Positions 36,196 through 44,817 of a stretch of 64,000 bases of DNA are shown here, in pieces. The DNA comes from an uncultured Candidatus Saccharibacteria bacterium. Lineage in GTDB: Bacteria; Patescibacteriota; Minisyncoccia; Phycocordibacterales; UBA918. A program made the position numbers and the translations under genes. Position 1 is the stretch's first letter. Each line of letters opens with the position of its first letter. Under the pieces are notes generated by a model. That model saw nothing but the letters and a program-made list of their open reading frames with translations. It ran no database searches and was not told the origin of the DNA. Location of the stretch: NCBI GenBank assembly GCA_964353135.1, contig CAYGTV010000001.1:151138-215137 (forward strand), written 5' to 3'.

Positions 36196-36766
36196 CTGGG
36201 TGGCAAGTGGATTGTTTGCCACACTAGTCTTACAAGGTCTGTATTTTGTGCGGGCTGAAGCTTGGTCAGAAGTGTTTGTGGTGCTGGTGGCTATTGTGTT
36301 TGCATTACTCCCGTACGTGGTATCTCAGTACGTAGCAGTGAAGCCTAGTCAAACTATTCTGACGGGTATAGTTGTATTTGTATTATGCACGCTCGTCCTT
36401 GGTGAAATTTACAAGTTTTATTCCGTGTTTCAGTGGTGGGATATCTTCTTGCACGTTATTGCTGGCGTCGGATTAGGAATTCTTGGATACCTCTGGCTGT
36501 ACAATCTCAGACAGGAACAAACCGTTAAAAACCGACCGGTGCTGTATAGCGTAATGATTTTTTGTGCGAGTGTAACCGTTCTTACGCTTTGGGAAGTGTA
36601 TGAATTTGGTATTGATCAATTAGACTGGTCAACAAACAGAATGCAACCAAATCTCTTCGATACTATGACTGATATTACCGTTGGTTTGGCTGGTGTATTG
36701 TTCGTATGTATTGGTGGTTACATACTGTTGCGTCAAGAAAAAACTGTGCGACATCTTATAACCTGA
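36164..36766 (+). CDS. polytopic membrane protein (200 aa), hypothetical
   Basis: Five to six hydrophobic helices. Confidence 0.45.
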   Translation: MKWPFQTFEINWVASGLFATLVLQGLYFVRAEAWSEVFVVLVAIVFALLPYVVSQYVAVKPSQTILTGIVVFVLCTLVLGEIYKFYSVFQWWDIFLHVIAGVGLGILGYLWLYNLRQEQTVKNRPVLYSVMIFCASVTVLTLWEVYEFGIDQLDWSTNRMQPNLFDTMTDITVGLAGVLFVCIGGYILLRQEKTVRHLIT

Positions 36767-36982
36767 TGCTTATCATAAATTTATGAACATGCTACCTGTA
36801 GATCCCCAGAGAGTATCGGTCAGGAGTCGATTGTTTTCATGAATAAAATTGTATCCCTCGGGACCTTTGAAACATGACTCAATGTCACGTTTCAACCACT
36901 GTTTTTCTCCTTAGGAATGAATGAAAAACATGTCTCTGCCCATCACATTGGCAGGTATGCAAAACTGTTTGCATACTATTTA

Positions 36983-37019
36983 AAAAAACGCACCCTGCAG
37001 ATGCTGGGTGTGTTTTTTA
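36983..37019. terminator. bidirectional terminator A7-CGCACCC-N10-GGGTGTG-T6
   Basis: Hairpin flanked by an A-run and a T-run, lying between convergent genes. Confidence 0.5.
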
Positions 37020-37256
37020 AATGCCGCTGTGACCCTAGAGGGGCTAGAGTGGAACACCTTTGAAAACCTTGTCTTGAGATGGAACAGAGCGTTTTTAAGT
37101 TTCCAGAGTGATGAAGGGTTTGTAAGAATAAGTCCTGTTTTCAGTAAGTAGAAGTCATTTGCAACCTTACTCACACCCAATCATTAAATAAACACCACGC
37201 AATAAAAAACACCCCACTCACAGAAAGCGGGATGCTTTAGTGTTAAGGGGCGTCAA

Positions 37257-37727
37257 TCAACGAGGAACAAACTCATCCCAACGCTTCACCTCTCCATACA
37301 GAGCGATGTACACACCAGCAGGTAAGCAGTGCACAGCACCGACTGCCATACCAACATTGAAGTCTGCATCTGACTCCCGAAACCGTTCGGGAGTCATTGC
37401 GCCAGTCAACACTATGGTTTTTCCTTCAATGTCAGACAGGTATTTCGCAGTGACATGGATGGCATCTGTACCGTGCATGATGACGATCTTTTTCTCATGG
37501 GTATGCATTGCAGCTCCCTTGATCTCTTCACGATCGTGATCGTTCATCTCGAGACTGTCTTTGCAGCATGCGCTAGTGAAGCTGACTGCGTAAGGGATAC
37601 CTGCACGCCGCTGAATGGCGTGCCAAGCAGCTTCACCGATGACAAAGTTGTAGCCATGATTTTCATCAGTGGCCAGATAATCCTTATCGATCGTGCCACC
37701 TGCTTGGATGAAGCGGATGATACTCAT
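37257..37727 (-). CDS. L-asparaginase-family N-terminal-domain protein (156 aa)
   Basis: AGGTIDK motif (asparaginase TGGTIAG), IVIMHGTDAI and VLTGAM blocks. The C-domain is absent. Confidence 0.5.
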   Translation of the reverse strand: MSIIRFIQAGGTIDKDYLATDENHGYNFVIGEAAWHAIQRRAGIPYAVSFTSACCKDSLEMNDHDREEIKGAAMHTHEKKIVIMHGTDAIHVTAKYLSDIEGKTIVLTGAMTPERFRESDADFNVGMAVGAVHCLPAGVYIALYGEVKRWDEFVPR

Positions 37728-38284
37728 GACAAGAACGACCGCTCTTTGATCGAATCATCGCTGATTTCAAACAGTTCACGACCGACTGCTTTCAGCATGT
37801 CAGCGGTCATTCCAGAGATCATCTGGTCAAACCACGGCTGTACGCCCGAGAACGCAACGACCAGACCGTGCCGCTTCACACCGCCCCAGTATGGAGTATC
37901 ATTTGGAAACAGCAGGTGTGCATTGGAGTCGGTTTGTCCGTCATCATTACGACCCTGCCAGAGCTGGAGCGCTTTGCAGCGAGCAATCTCGTCGAACGGA
38001 TATGCCCAGTCTGACTTCTCGCCCACGCTTTGTTCATGCAAAAGATATGGACTGACTGGGTAGTTCGGCCAGTTGGGATAGTCGGCCTCACGCACGTCTT
38101 CCATCGACGGTACGAGGATGACCAGGTGTCCTTCTTGACGTTTGATCATGTAACCAAAACTGTGACGATCGTCATTCAGCAGCGTTGCATTCAGAACTTG
38201 AGTGCTGACCTGTGCTGCAATGTCACGAGTGAGAAATTTGGGAATGAACATGGTAACTCTCCTTATTGGTGGATGTGATGCCAA
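37724..38284 (-). CDS. GlcG/DUF336-like protein (possible heme-binding), overlapping the downstream gene by 4 nt
   Basis: C-terminal GGVKRHGLVVAFSGVQ resembles the GGxPxxxxGxxxGAIGVSG motif. The resemblance is weak. Confidence 0.35.
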   Translation of the reverse strand: MASHPPIRRVTMFIPKFLTRDIAAQVSTQVLNATLLNDDRHSFGYMIKRQEGHLVILVPSMEDVREADYPNWPNYPVSPYLLHEQSVGEKSDWAYPFDEIARCKALQLWQGRNDDGQTDSNAHLLFPNDTPYWGGVKRHGLVVAFSGVQPWFDQMISGMTADMLKAVGRELFEISDDSIKERSFLS

Positions 38285-38466
38285 AATGGCGGGAACTTAT
38301 AGGACGGCAGGCCGACCAGAAGCTGGTTGCACAATACAATAAATATCTAAAACAGTAAATAGCATACGGAGGTCCTTCCTCGGTAGCCATTTGACAAATT
38401 AGTTTTTTAACGTATTATATTAGGAGGAGATCAAAACAACGGATTGGTTCAAAAGGAGACTATCTC

Positions 38467-38745
38467 ATGAACACGCAACCAACTACTGACCAACCAGAGG
38501 TAATTCACCTGATTACATCAGCGCAACTTGCAGCTTTACCCAAAGGAACTAAATTGATGGGTATTGATGCAGTAGAAGCTGTTGTGGGTGACAAAGCTCT
38601 GGAAAAAGAAGAGACCCGCGGCGGTTATCTGCCTTTTGGCTTCATCGATGGAACCGAGCCTTCTGACTTGGTATTGCGTCGGTGGAAAATCGACTACGCC
38701 AACGTCGACATGCAAAAGAAACTGGGTATTGGTAACTACAAGTGA
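38467..38745 (+). CDS. hypothetical protein (92 aa)
   Basis: ORF with a GGAGG SD 8 nt upstream and a terminator-like hairpin plus T6 downstream (38753..38781). Confidence 0.4.
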   Translation: MNTQPTTDQPEVIHLITSAQLAALPKGTKLMGIDAVEAVVGDKALEKEETRGGYLPFGFIDGTEPSDLVLRRWKIDYANVDMQKKLGIGNYK

Positions 38746-38900
38746 TCCACCCAAAAGGCCGTTCAATTGAGCGGCTTTTTTGATGTGATTACTGCTAGTG
38801 AGTATTTTAAAAAGACTTTGCCTAAGTAATTTCAAACCACTTTTGTCCGCAATTTGGCGGGCAAATTGCGGGTAAAGCAACATAAAAGCAATTATCCTCA

Positions 38901-39410
38901 TCAGTTTTCTAGATACTGTCGAGCAGTTTCAAGAATAGCTATGTCTCTTGGAACCATATACGCCTTGGCCAGTTTATGTTCGGCTTTGCTTGATTGTAAA
39001 GATTGCAACGCTTCTTCGTAGGGAAGCCAGGTTACTTCAAATCCCTCAGCGATCTCGCTTTCTGTAAAATCAGGAATTCCTTTGGCACCAACTAATTTTG
39101 CCAGATAGCAATAAGATATTTGGTGAGTTTGGTACATTTTCCGCCATTCATTAACTAACCCAATTTCCGTTAGCACTTCTATATCACAACCGATCTCTTC
39201 AATGCATTCACGTTTCAAAGCGACTATTTTATCGATATCATCATCTAAACCTCCACCGGGTAGTTTGTAGTAATCAGTTGTGGTGGCGTGTAAGAGAGCG
39301 ACATTATTATCATTATCCAATACAACTGCCCGAGCAGCTTCTCTCAGTCTGTATGATTGTAATTCAACTTCAGTCACGTTCTCTGGATTAAGGAGTGCTA
39401 TTTCTTGCAT
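38901..39410 (-). CDS. NUDIX hydrolase
   Basis: Nudix box LPGGGLDDDIDKIVALKRECIEEIGCDI. Confidence 0.8.
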   Translation of the reverse strand: MQEIALLNPENVTEVELQSYRLREAARAVVLDNDNNVALLHATTTDYYKLPGGGLDDDIDKIVALKRECIEEIGCDIEVLTEIGLVNEWRKMYQTHQISYCYLAKLVGAKGIPDFTESEIAEGFEVTWLPYEEALQSLQSSKAEHKLAKAYMVPRDIAILETARQYLEN

Positions 39411-39442
39411 ATGATGATTATAGCAAAAGCTGATATTTTTAA

Positions 39443-39919
39443 CTAATCAACCCTGGTATATTGCAATACCCCACCTCTACCGAGATATACAAGCTCTAGG
39501 GTATTTTCATCCAGGGTAGTAATTGAGTAATGGTACTGCTCGCCGCTATCGTCGATTAGTACATAAGTCGTGTCCTCATCTAATGGTTGCTGGTAGCTGT
39601 CTACTGGGTCATCTGTCCTAAATAATCTCCAGGTACCAGCAGTCTCAATGAGCTGCTCTGCAGTGTAGCGCTCTATTACAGTTCCGTCTGCCAAAAACAC
39701 CTTGTATGAATTTGGATCTTGGGCGCTTTGCCATTCACCGACCAAGAGAGTCTTTGATTGTTTATAATCTACAACACCTTCTGATTCTGGTTCTAAAGTG
39801 ACAGGTTGAACTAGTGGGGTAGAAGCGGGGTCAGGCGTTGTGTCAGTGTTGGTAATACTATATACACCTACTAACGCTACCAAAATAAGCAGCAGTACTA
39901 TAATCGTTTTTTGCTTCAT
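39443..39919 (-). CDS. secreted or TM-anchored hypothetical protein (158 aa)
   Basis: N-terminal hydrophobic helix followed by a polar domain. Confidence 0.45.
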   Translation of the reverse strand: MKQKTIIVLLLILVALVGVYSITNTDTTPDPASTPLVQPVTLEPESEGVVDYKQSKTLLVGEWQSAQDPNSYKVFLADGTVIERYTAEQLIETAGTWRLFRTDDPVDSYQQPLDEDTTYVLIDDSGEQYHYSITTLDENTLELVYLGRGGVLQYTRVD

Positions 39920-40004
39920 AGGGAAAATGTTTATTTGGCTTAGTATACAGGAGGGGTGGGTGTGGCTAAGGAGGGCTTCAGGAAGTTAGCGTAGACGGAA
40001 TGGC

Positions 40005-41762
40005 TTAAAACAAACGTTGAGTAAACTGGTTCACTACACTTTCGCTCCGAATATAGTCACGTATTTGCTCACGCGTGGTCACACTTGATTCGGATATAAT
40101 TTGATCAAGACATTGTGCCGTTTTTTCAATGTGTTTAACGAATAACTCGTTGTCTTGTAGGGTTGCCATGATTGCATTTCTGACATCTTTTTGTTTAGCT
40201 AACTTAGCATCTAAAATAGTTGGTGTTTGCCAGTGCTCTCTAATTAGCGCATATAATGCGTAAAACCTGAAAATCACCCGTGATCTATCAATTTTTCCAG
40301 ATCGAATTAGATAATCAAATTTGTAGAGAGCAAGGGCAGCAACATGGTATAGCTCTACGTTATGGTCTTCTAAAAAGATTCGTGTCGAAAATTCTTTGCG
40401 GATACCTCTGTGGTCCCGGGCTGCTCTGTGGGGTTGGTAAAAAAACATAGCAGCAGCAACCTTCATTAGGTCAGACGGTCGCAAAATTCTTGTTCTCTCA
40501 ATAGAAATGTCTCTGTACTGATTGTCTCTTCGTTCAATGAAAATACGTGCATCACCACTTTGTGCAAAGCAGTATTCTTCAATATCTTTCATGAATGGTG
40601 ATAGTGCCCAAAATTGATCGTCTCGTACTTCATTTTGTCTGTTAGTCCCTACAATAATACTGGAAACAAAACCTGCGTCACTGGAACCAACTAGTCTAAG
40701 TGGTACAGAAACGTTAGCAATTTTGTCACGTGCATGAGCTAAAATATTCGTAGTCTGGCAACCGTTGACAATTTGATAATCTTCTAGTGTAAATTTATCA
40801 CCCTTACGAATTATATTTTTGGACACGATGGTGATGCCGTTATTTTTAAAGACGAAAGAATCACCCTTTGCTGATTCTAGCTCTGAAATAATTGATTTAT
40901 TAATTTCTGAATTCGGATTAAAATCTCTCACATTATCATAAAATAGTGATCTGTTTATGTGTGCAACACCGTCTTGGTCAGGTTCTCCTAGAGCTACTGC
41001 TAATATTTCTTCGGCAGGTACATAGCCAATATAAGCCTCGTCTACCTTTTCATGCGCTGGCATTGTCACTGATTGTTGAAAGTTTAATGTCGCTGATGAA
41101 GAGTTTGTCGCTGATCTAAAACCATTAAGAATATCTTTAGCTCCGACGCACTTAATCTCAACAGTACCAAATATGTTTAGATCACTTAGCTGAGCCTTTT
41201 TTGTATCAATTAGCTGCTGAATTAGCTCTGACACAAGTCCAGGTCCCGTTGTACAGTAATAGCATACCAAAGACGGACTAACTTTGGCTGCCGACGCATA
41301 AATCTGGTCTTTTACTTCTATTAGACTTTCTATTTGTACACCTTTTACTAATTTGCACTCAGTAAAAAAATCATACACAGCGTCCAAAAACTTTGAAATT
41401 TCACCATAATCCAGCTTGGCACTGGTCTTTGACTGATAAAAGTGCAGATCAGAAGTGTGGTTCTTCCCAGTTGAAAGTGCGTCTATTGCTTCGTCGACAT
41501 CTGTACACAGAGTACCTTGAATCGAGATTGCAATACCATCAACACCGAACTCAGAACCTTTAAGGTGTGCGCCAAACGGGTCAATGTTTTCCCCTAATAT
41601 GCCGTTTTCTATAGCAAAAATTGACATTACTTCAAAAAGCTCAGACTCAGACAGTGTTTCGCTCGGATTTTTTTCTTTAAATGTTTTGAGTTGCGCTTTT
41701 ACAATTGGATTCATAAACGAAGTATTAGCTAATTTGGAAATACGTACCTTGTTCAGAAGCAT
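40005..41762 (-). CDS. AIPR-family abortive-infection (phage resistance) protein
   Basis: 585 aa with a YQIVNGCQTT motif and the overall architecture of AIPR (PF10592-like). The gene is markedly AT-rich relative to its surroundings. Confidence 0.5.
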   Translation of the reverse strand: MLLNKVRISKLANTSFMNPIVKAQLKTFKEKNPSETLSESELFEVMSIFAIENGILGENIDPFGAHLKGSEFGVDGIAISIQGTLCTDVDEAIDALSTGKNHTSDLHFYQSKTSAKLDYGEISKFLDAVYDFFTECKLVKGVQIESLIEVKDQIYASAAKVSPSLVCYYCTTGPGLVSELIQQLIDTKKAQLSDLNIFGTVEIKCVGAKDILNGFRSATNSSSATLNFQQSVTMPAHEKVDEAYIGYVPAEEILAVALGEPDQDGVAHINRSLFYDNVRDFNPNSEINKSIISELESAKGDSFVFKNNGITIVSKNIIRKGDKFTLEDYQIVNGCQTTNILAHARDKIANVSVPLRLVGSSDAGFVSSIIVGTNRQNEVRDDQFWALSPFMKDIEEYCFAQSGDARIFIERRDNQYRDISIERTRILRPSDLMKVAAAMFFYQPHRAARDHRGIRKEFSTRIFLEDHNVELYHVAALALYKFDYLIRSGKIDRSRVIFRFYALYALIREHWQTPTILDAKLAKQKDVRNAIMATLQDNELFVKHIEKTAQCLDQIISESSVTTREQIRDYIRSESVVNQFTQRLF

Positions 41763-41847
41763 ATCATAATTATCACTTTATAAGCTATTTACGTAAAATT
41801 CAGAATTTTGTCAGACTTTGGTGGCTTGGGTTGCTAAATGAAGCTGT

Positions 41848-41986
41848 GAATCGGTCACCATCGCACAGTATTCCTGCGTTCTGTGAACTTGAAACTACTG
41901 TGCGAAGCGACCCTTAAACAGTTTGGGGAACTGTCTAAAATCTATAAGGCTTCGCCAGAAGCTATTTTCGATTCCACGTGGTGAGG
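41848..41986. repeat. direct repeat R1 (about 140 bp) ending in a tRNA-3'-end-like fragment TTCGATTCCACGTGG
   Basis: Aligns with R2 over shared blocks GAATCGGTCACC, TGAACTTGAAACTAC.GTGCGA.GCGACCC and GGCTTCGCCAGAAGCT.TTTTCGATTCC.CGTGG. Confidence 0.6.
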
Positions 41987-42056
41987 CGGTGTTTTGGTCA
42001 CGAATCGCAAAGCATAATGCTGCATTTCATGCAGATTCTATTATGCGTTCTTGAGC

Positions 42057-42079
42057 ATCCCACGGGGAGTATCGATCCC
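42057..42079. repeat. degenerate direct copy of the tRNA-Glu 3' end (ATCCCACGGGGAGTATCGATCCC)
   Basis: Same orientation as the genuine tRNA 3' end at 42313..42336. A similar 24-mer lies at 36801..36824. Confidence 0.5.
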
Positions 42080-42121
42080 TACAGGATCAGTACACCTTTT
42101 GGTTAGATTGATAGAGGTGTG

Positions 42122-42263
42122 GGAATCGGTCACCTCTGCATCTGTATTTTCTACGTTCTTTGAACTTGAAACTACAGTGCGACGCGACCCCGCCGCTTCT
42201 GTGCGGACAAAAGGCTTTTTGTCCGGCTTCGCCAGAAGCTTTTTTCGATTCCCCGTGGGACCT
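42122..42263. repeat. direct repeat R2. Its last 18 nt (42245..42262) are an inverted near-perfect copy of the tRNA-Glu T-arm and acceptor 3' end.
   Basis: TCGATTCCCCGTGGGACC is the reverse complement of GGTCCCACGGGGAATCGA. Confidence 0.6.
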
Positions 42264-42312
42264 ACAAACAGCAACAGCCAGAATGCTTGCGCATATCTGG
42301 CTGGCTGATTTG

Positions 42313-42384
42313 TGATCCCACGGGGAATCGAACCCCGATTACAAGAATGAGAATCTTGTGTCCTAGCCGTTAGACGATGGGACC
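42313..42384 (-). tRNA. tRNA-Glu (anticodon CUC)
   Basis: Minus-strand sequence GGTCCCATCGTCTAACGGCTAGGACACAAGATTCTCATTCTTGTAATCGGGGTTCGATTCCCCGTGGGATCA. It has a 7-bp acceptor stem, a GGTTCGATTCC T-arm, a 5-bp anticodon stem with loop TTCTCAT, and discriminator A. No CCA is encoded. Confidence 0.8.
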
Positions 42385-42499
42385 GTTGCCCATAGTTATA
42401 GCAGAAAATGTTCAGTTGGAAAACTAAAAACGTGGATTAGACTGGTTTGTGTATGGTATGCTGACAACATAAAACGATTATACAGATAATAAACGACCT

Positions 42500-42754
42500 A
42501 TGGGATTTTTAAGTAATTTATTTGGAGGAGCAAAAGAGGCAGCTAATGATGCTGCGGACATGGCTGGAAACGCAGCCGAAGGGGCAGCAGATATGGCGAG
42601 TGACACTGGTGCATATGTAGCTGACACAGTTTCAGACGGTGTAGATATGGCGGCTGACGCTGGTGCGTCTGCAATGGACACAGCTGAAGATATGGCGGAA
42701 ACAGTCTCGGACGAAGTGTCTGACATGACGGATGAAGATTCTACCCTAAACTAG
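42500..42754 (+). CDS. small acidic repetitive protein (84 aa, GxxDMAxD repeats)
   Basis: ORF beginning MGFLSNLFGG, with internal DNA and protein repeats. Flanked by the tRNA and a strong terminator. Confidence 0.4.
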   Translation: MGFLSNLFGGAKEAANDAADMAGNAAEGAADMASDTGAYVADTVSDGVDMAADAGASAMDTAEDMAETVSDEVSDMTDEDSTLN

Positions 42755-42787
42755 GTAGGTCGTAGGGGCTGTAGGTTCCACACATAA

Positions 42788-42830
42788 ACAAACAGCGCGG
42801 ACATGTGTCCGCGCTGTTTGTTAGTTTGTT
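42788..42830. terminator. bidirectional terminator ACAGCGCGGACA-TG-TGTCCGCGCTGT flanked by A-rich and T-rich tracts
   Basis: 12-bp perfect inverted repeat between convergent genes. Confidence 0.65.
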
Positions 42831-44725
42831 TTCCGCATCGTGGCTTTGATGTCAAAGCGAGGGTTTACCTTTTTCCCTGGGTTAAATACATCGTGTGGAT
42901 CAAAGATATGTTCAGTTTGTTCAAACAGTCCAAGCATTTTGGCCGAAAACATTTTACTCAGGTGTGGGGTACGGATGATGCCGTCGTTATGTTCGCCACA
43001 GATGTTCCCGTCGTATTTGACTGCTGTTTTAAAGAACTTCTCTGCCATCTTTTCTACCAGTTCTGGGGTTTTCTTGTTGGTGAAATCAAGCAGGGGATAG
43101 AAGTGGAAGTGGCCGTTGCCACCGTGACCGTGAACTGCTGCTGTTACTCCAAATTCTTTGAGGAGGTTCTTGATTTCTTTAAAGAATTTTGACAGGTTTT
43201 CTGGTGGAACTGTCATGTCTTCGAGGAAGGCCGCTGGACGTTTACCAGGATCCTGGAATTTAGACAGGGTGTAGCTAGCGCGGCGGATTTGCCAGTACAT
43301 TTCCCGTTCGACTGGGTTTTTGACCAGTCGTGGCTTGACGGTGTCACTCGCAATACTGGCTACCAACTCTCGTTCACCAACATCAGCCACGGTGTCTTCG
43401 TCTAAGGTGACAAGCACAATGAATTCTGGGACTTTGCGACGGAATCGAACGTGGTACGTGGTGTACATTGACAGCATGGTGCGGTAGTACGCGGCACCAT
43501 CGAGCCGGTCTTTAAAGAATGAAGGGTTTTTAAGGGCTAGGTCAAACGATAGGGCATCAAATACTTCGACGTTGATTGGGTCGTGCTTGAGCGCTTTAAC
43601 AATCGCGTCTGCCGCGTCGTCGAGGTTGAAAATAGGTAGGGCAATCAGTGAGGTGTGTTTAGGGATCGGGATCGCTTTCATCGTCAGTTTGGTGATGATG
43701 CCAATGGTGCCTTGGCTACCAGCGATCAAGCGGGTGAGATCAAATACACCGGTACCTTTTTTGAATTTTGCCACTCCTTCGGGCATCACGCTCCACAGTG
43801 GGTAACCGGCCGAGTTTTTAGCGGTGTGCGGCTTGCCGTTTTTGATTTCTTTTTCATTTTTTGCGATCAGATCGAAAATTTCTTTGGCAATGCGGGCGTG
43901 TTCGTGGTCTTGTTTCAAGAGTAGTTTGAACTCTCGGGCTGTGAGAGCTTTGATGGTGTAGGTGTGGCCATCGTGTAGTACAACGTCCATTGATTCAACC
44001 CACTCTGCTGTGTGGCCGTATCGGAGTGAATCTGGACCAGCTGCGTTGTTGCCAACCGCCCCGCCGATACTACAGATATCCTTGGAAGCAGGGAACGAAG
44101 GAATGTACGCTCCGTTACGTTTTAGTTTCTTTTCGAGGTCTCGCCACATCGCACCTGGTTCGGTTTGGATGTAGACAATGTCTTTCTTTTTGGTGACCTC
44201 ACCAATTTTCTGCATATGCGCACACATGTCGATCACGATCGAGTCAGTCAGGGCACCTCCACCCAAACCAGTCCCAGCTGCGCGTGGCGTCAGTGATAAT
44301 GACGGGAATTGCTCAACGTTTTCTGCTACAACTTTGGCCGCAATCTGGACGTCTTGGCGGTTTTTTGGTTGCAGTACGACCTGGGGTCGGATCGAGAAGA
44401 TACTCTCGTCAGTGCTATACGCATCTAACAATGAGTTTTTAGAAGAGATGCCGCCGCGGAAACCAGCTTCGCGGAATAATTTGGCAATTAAAAGGTGGCC
44501 AAGCGGATGGTTGCCGTTTGAGCCTTTTGCCGCTGATGCTGCTTTTGGAGTAGTTTTTTTAGCAGCTTTCTTTGGTGCCTGTTTGACTACTAGTTTAGCT
44601 GGCGCCCGTTTTGCGACGGGTTTCTTTGTGACTTTACTAGTAATAGCCACCTGTTTGGCTTTGGTAGCTGTTTTGCGAGTAGTGGTGCGTGTGGCTTTCA
44701 CAGCCGTTGAAGAACGAGTAGGCAT
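42821..44725 (-). CDS. FAD-linked oxidase (GlcD/D-lactate dehydrogenase family) with a Lys/Ala-rich N-terminal tail of about 75 aa
   Basis: FAD-binding PCMH region RAAGTGLGGGAL and a C-terminal oxidase domain with GHGGNGHFH. The N-terminus KATRTTTRKTATKAKQ...APKKAAKKTTPKAA is histone-H1-like. TATAAT lies 8 nt upstream of the ATG, so the mRNA is leaderless. Confidence 0.75.
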   Translation of the reverse strand: MPTRSSTAVKATRTTTRKTATKAKQVAITSKVTKKPVAKRAPAKLVVKQAPKKAAKKTTPKAASAAKGSNGNHPLGHLLIAKLFREAGFRGGISSKNSLLDAYSTDESIFSIRPQVVLQPKNRQDVQIAAKVVAENVEQFPSLSLTPRAAGTGLGGGALTDSIVIDMCAHMQKIGEVTKKKDIVYIQTEPGAMWRDLEKKLKRNGAYIPSFPASKDICSIGGAVGNNAAGPDSLRYGHTAEWVESMDVVLHDGHTYTIKALTAREFKLLLKQDHEHARIAKEIFDLIAKNEKEIKNGKPHTAKNSAGYPLWSVMPEGVAKFKKGTGVFDLTRLIAGSQGTIGIITKLTMKAIPIPKHTSLIALPIFNLDDAADAIVKALKHDPINVEVFDALSFDLALKNPSFFKDRLDGAAYYRTMLSMYTTYHVRFRRKVPEFIVLVTLDEDTVADVGERELVASIASDTVKPRLVKNPVEREMYWQIRRASYTLSKFQDPGKRPAAFLEDMTVPPENLSKFFKEIKNLLKEFGVTAAVHGHGGNGHFHFYPLLDFTNKKTPELVEKMAEKFFKTAVKYDGNICGEHNDGIIRTPHLSKMFSAKMLGLFEQTEHIFDPHDVFNPGKKVNPRFDIKATMRKTN

Positions 44726-44789
44726 TACCCTGATTATAACGCGGATTAATTATGAAAAGCGGGAAGTAGTCCCCAGGGAAAAGGTTTTC

Positions 44790-44812
44790 GCCCCGCACAT
44801 GGTGCGGGGCGA
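44790..44812. terminator. perfect inverted repeat GCCCCGCAC-ATGGT-GTGCGGGGC between co-directional minus-strand genes
   Basis: 9-bp GC-rich stem with a weak U-tract. It could be a terminator or attenuator. Confidence 0.4.
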
Positions 44813-44817
44813 GAGGT

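Larger units (their letters stand above)
36801..42079. mobile_element. candidate degraded tRNA-Glu-associated genomic islet (about 5.3 kb, AT-rich), bounded by related 23-24-nt direct repeats
   Basis: The boundary repeats 36801..36824 and 42057..42079 resemble each other and the tRNA 3' end. The cargo includes the AIPR-type Abi-like gene. No integrase is present. Confidence 0.25.

Noticed and set aside
42041-42308. ORFs 42041..42274 (-) and 42051..42308 (+)
   Set aside because: Both lie entirely within the tRNA-derived repeats next to tRNA-Glu. They have no SD and low-complexity translations.
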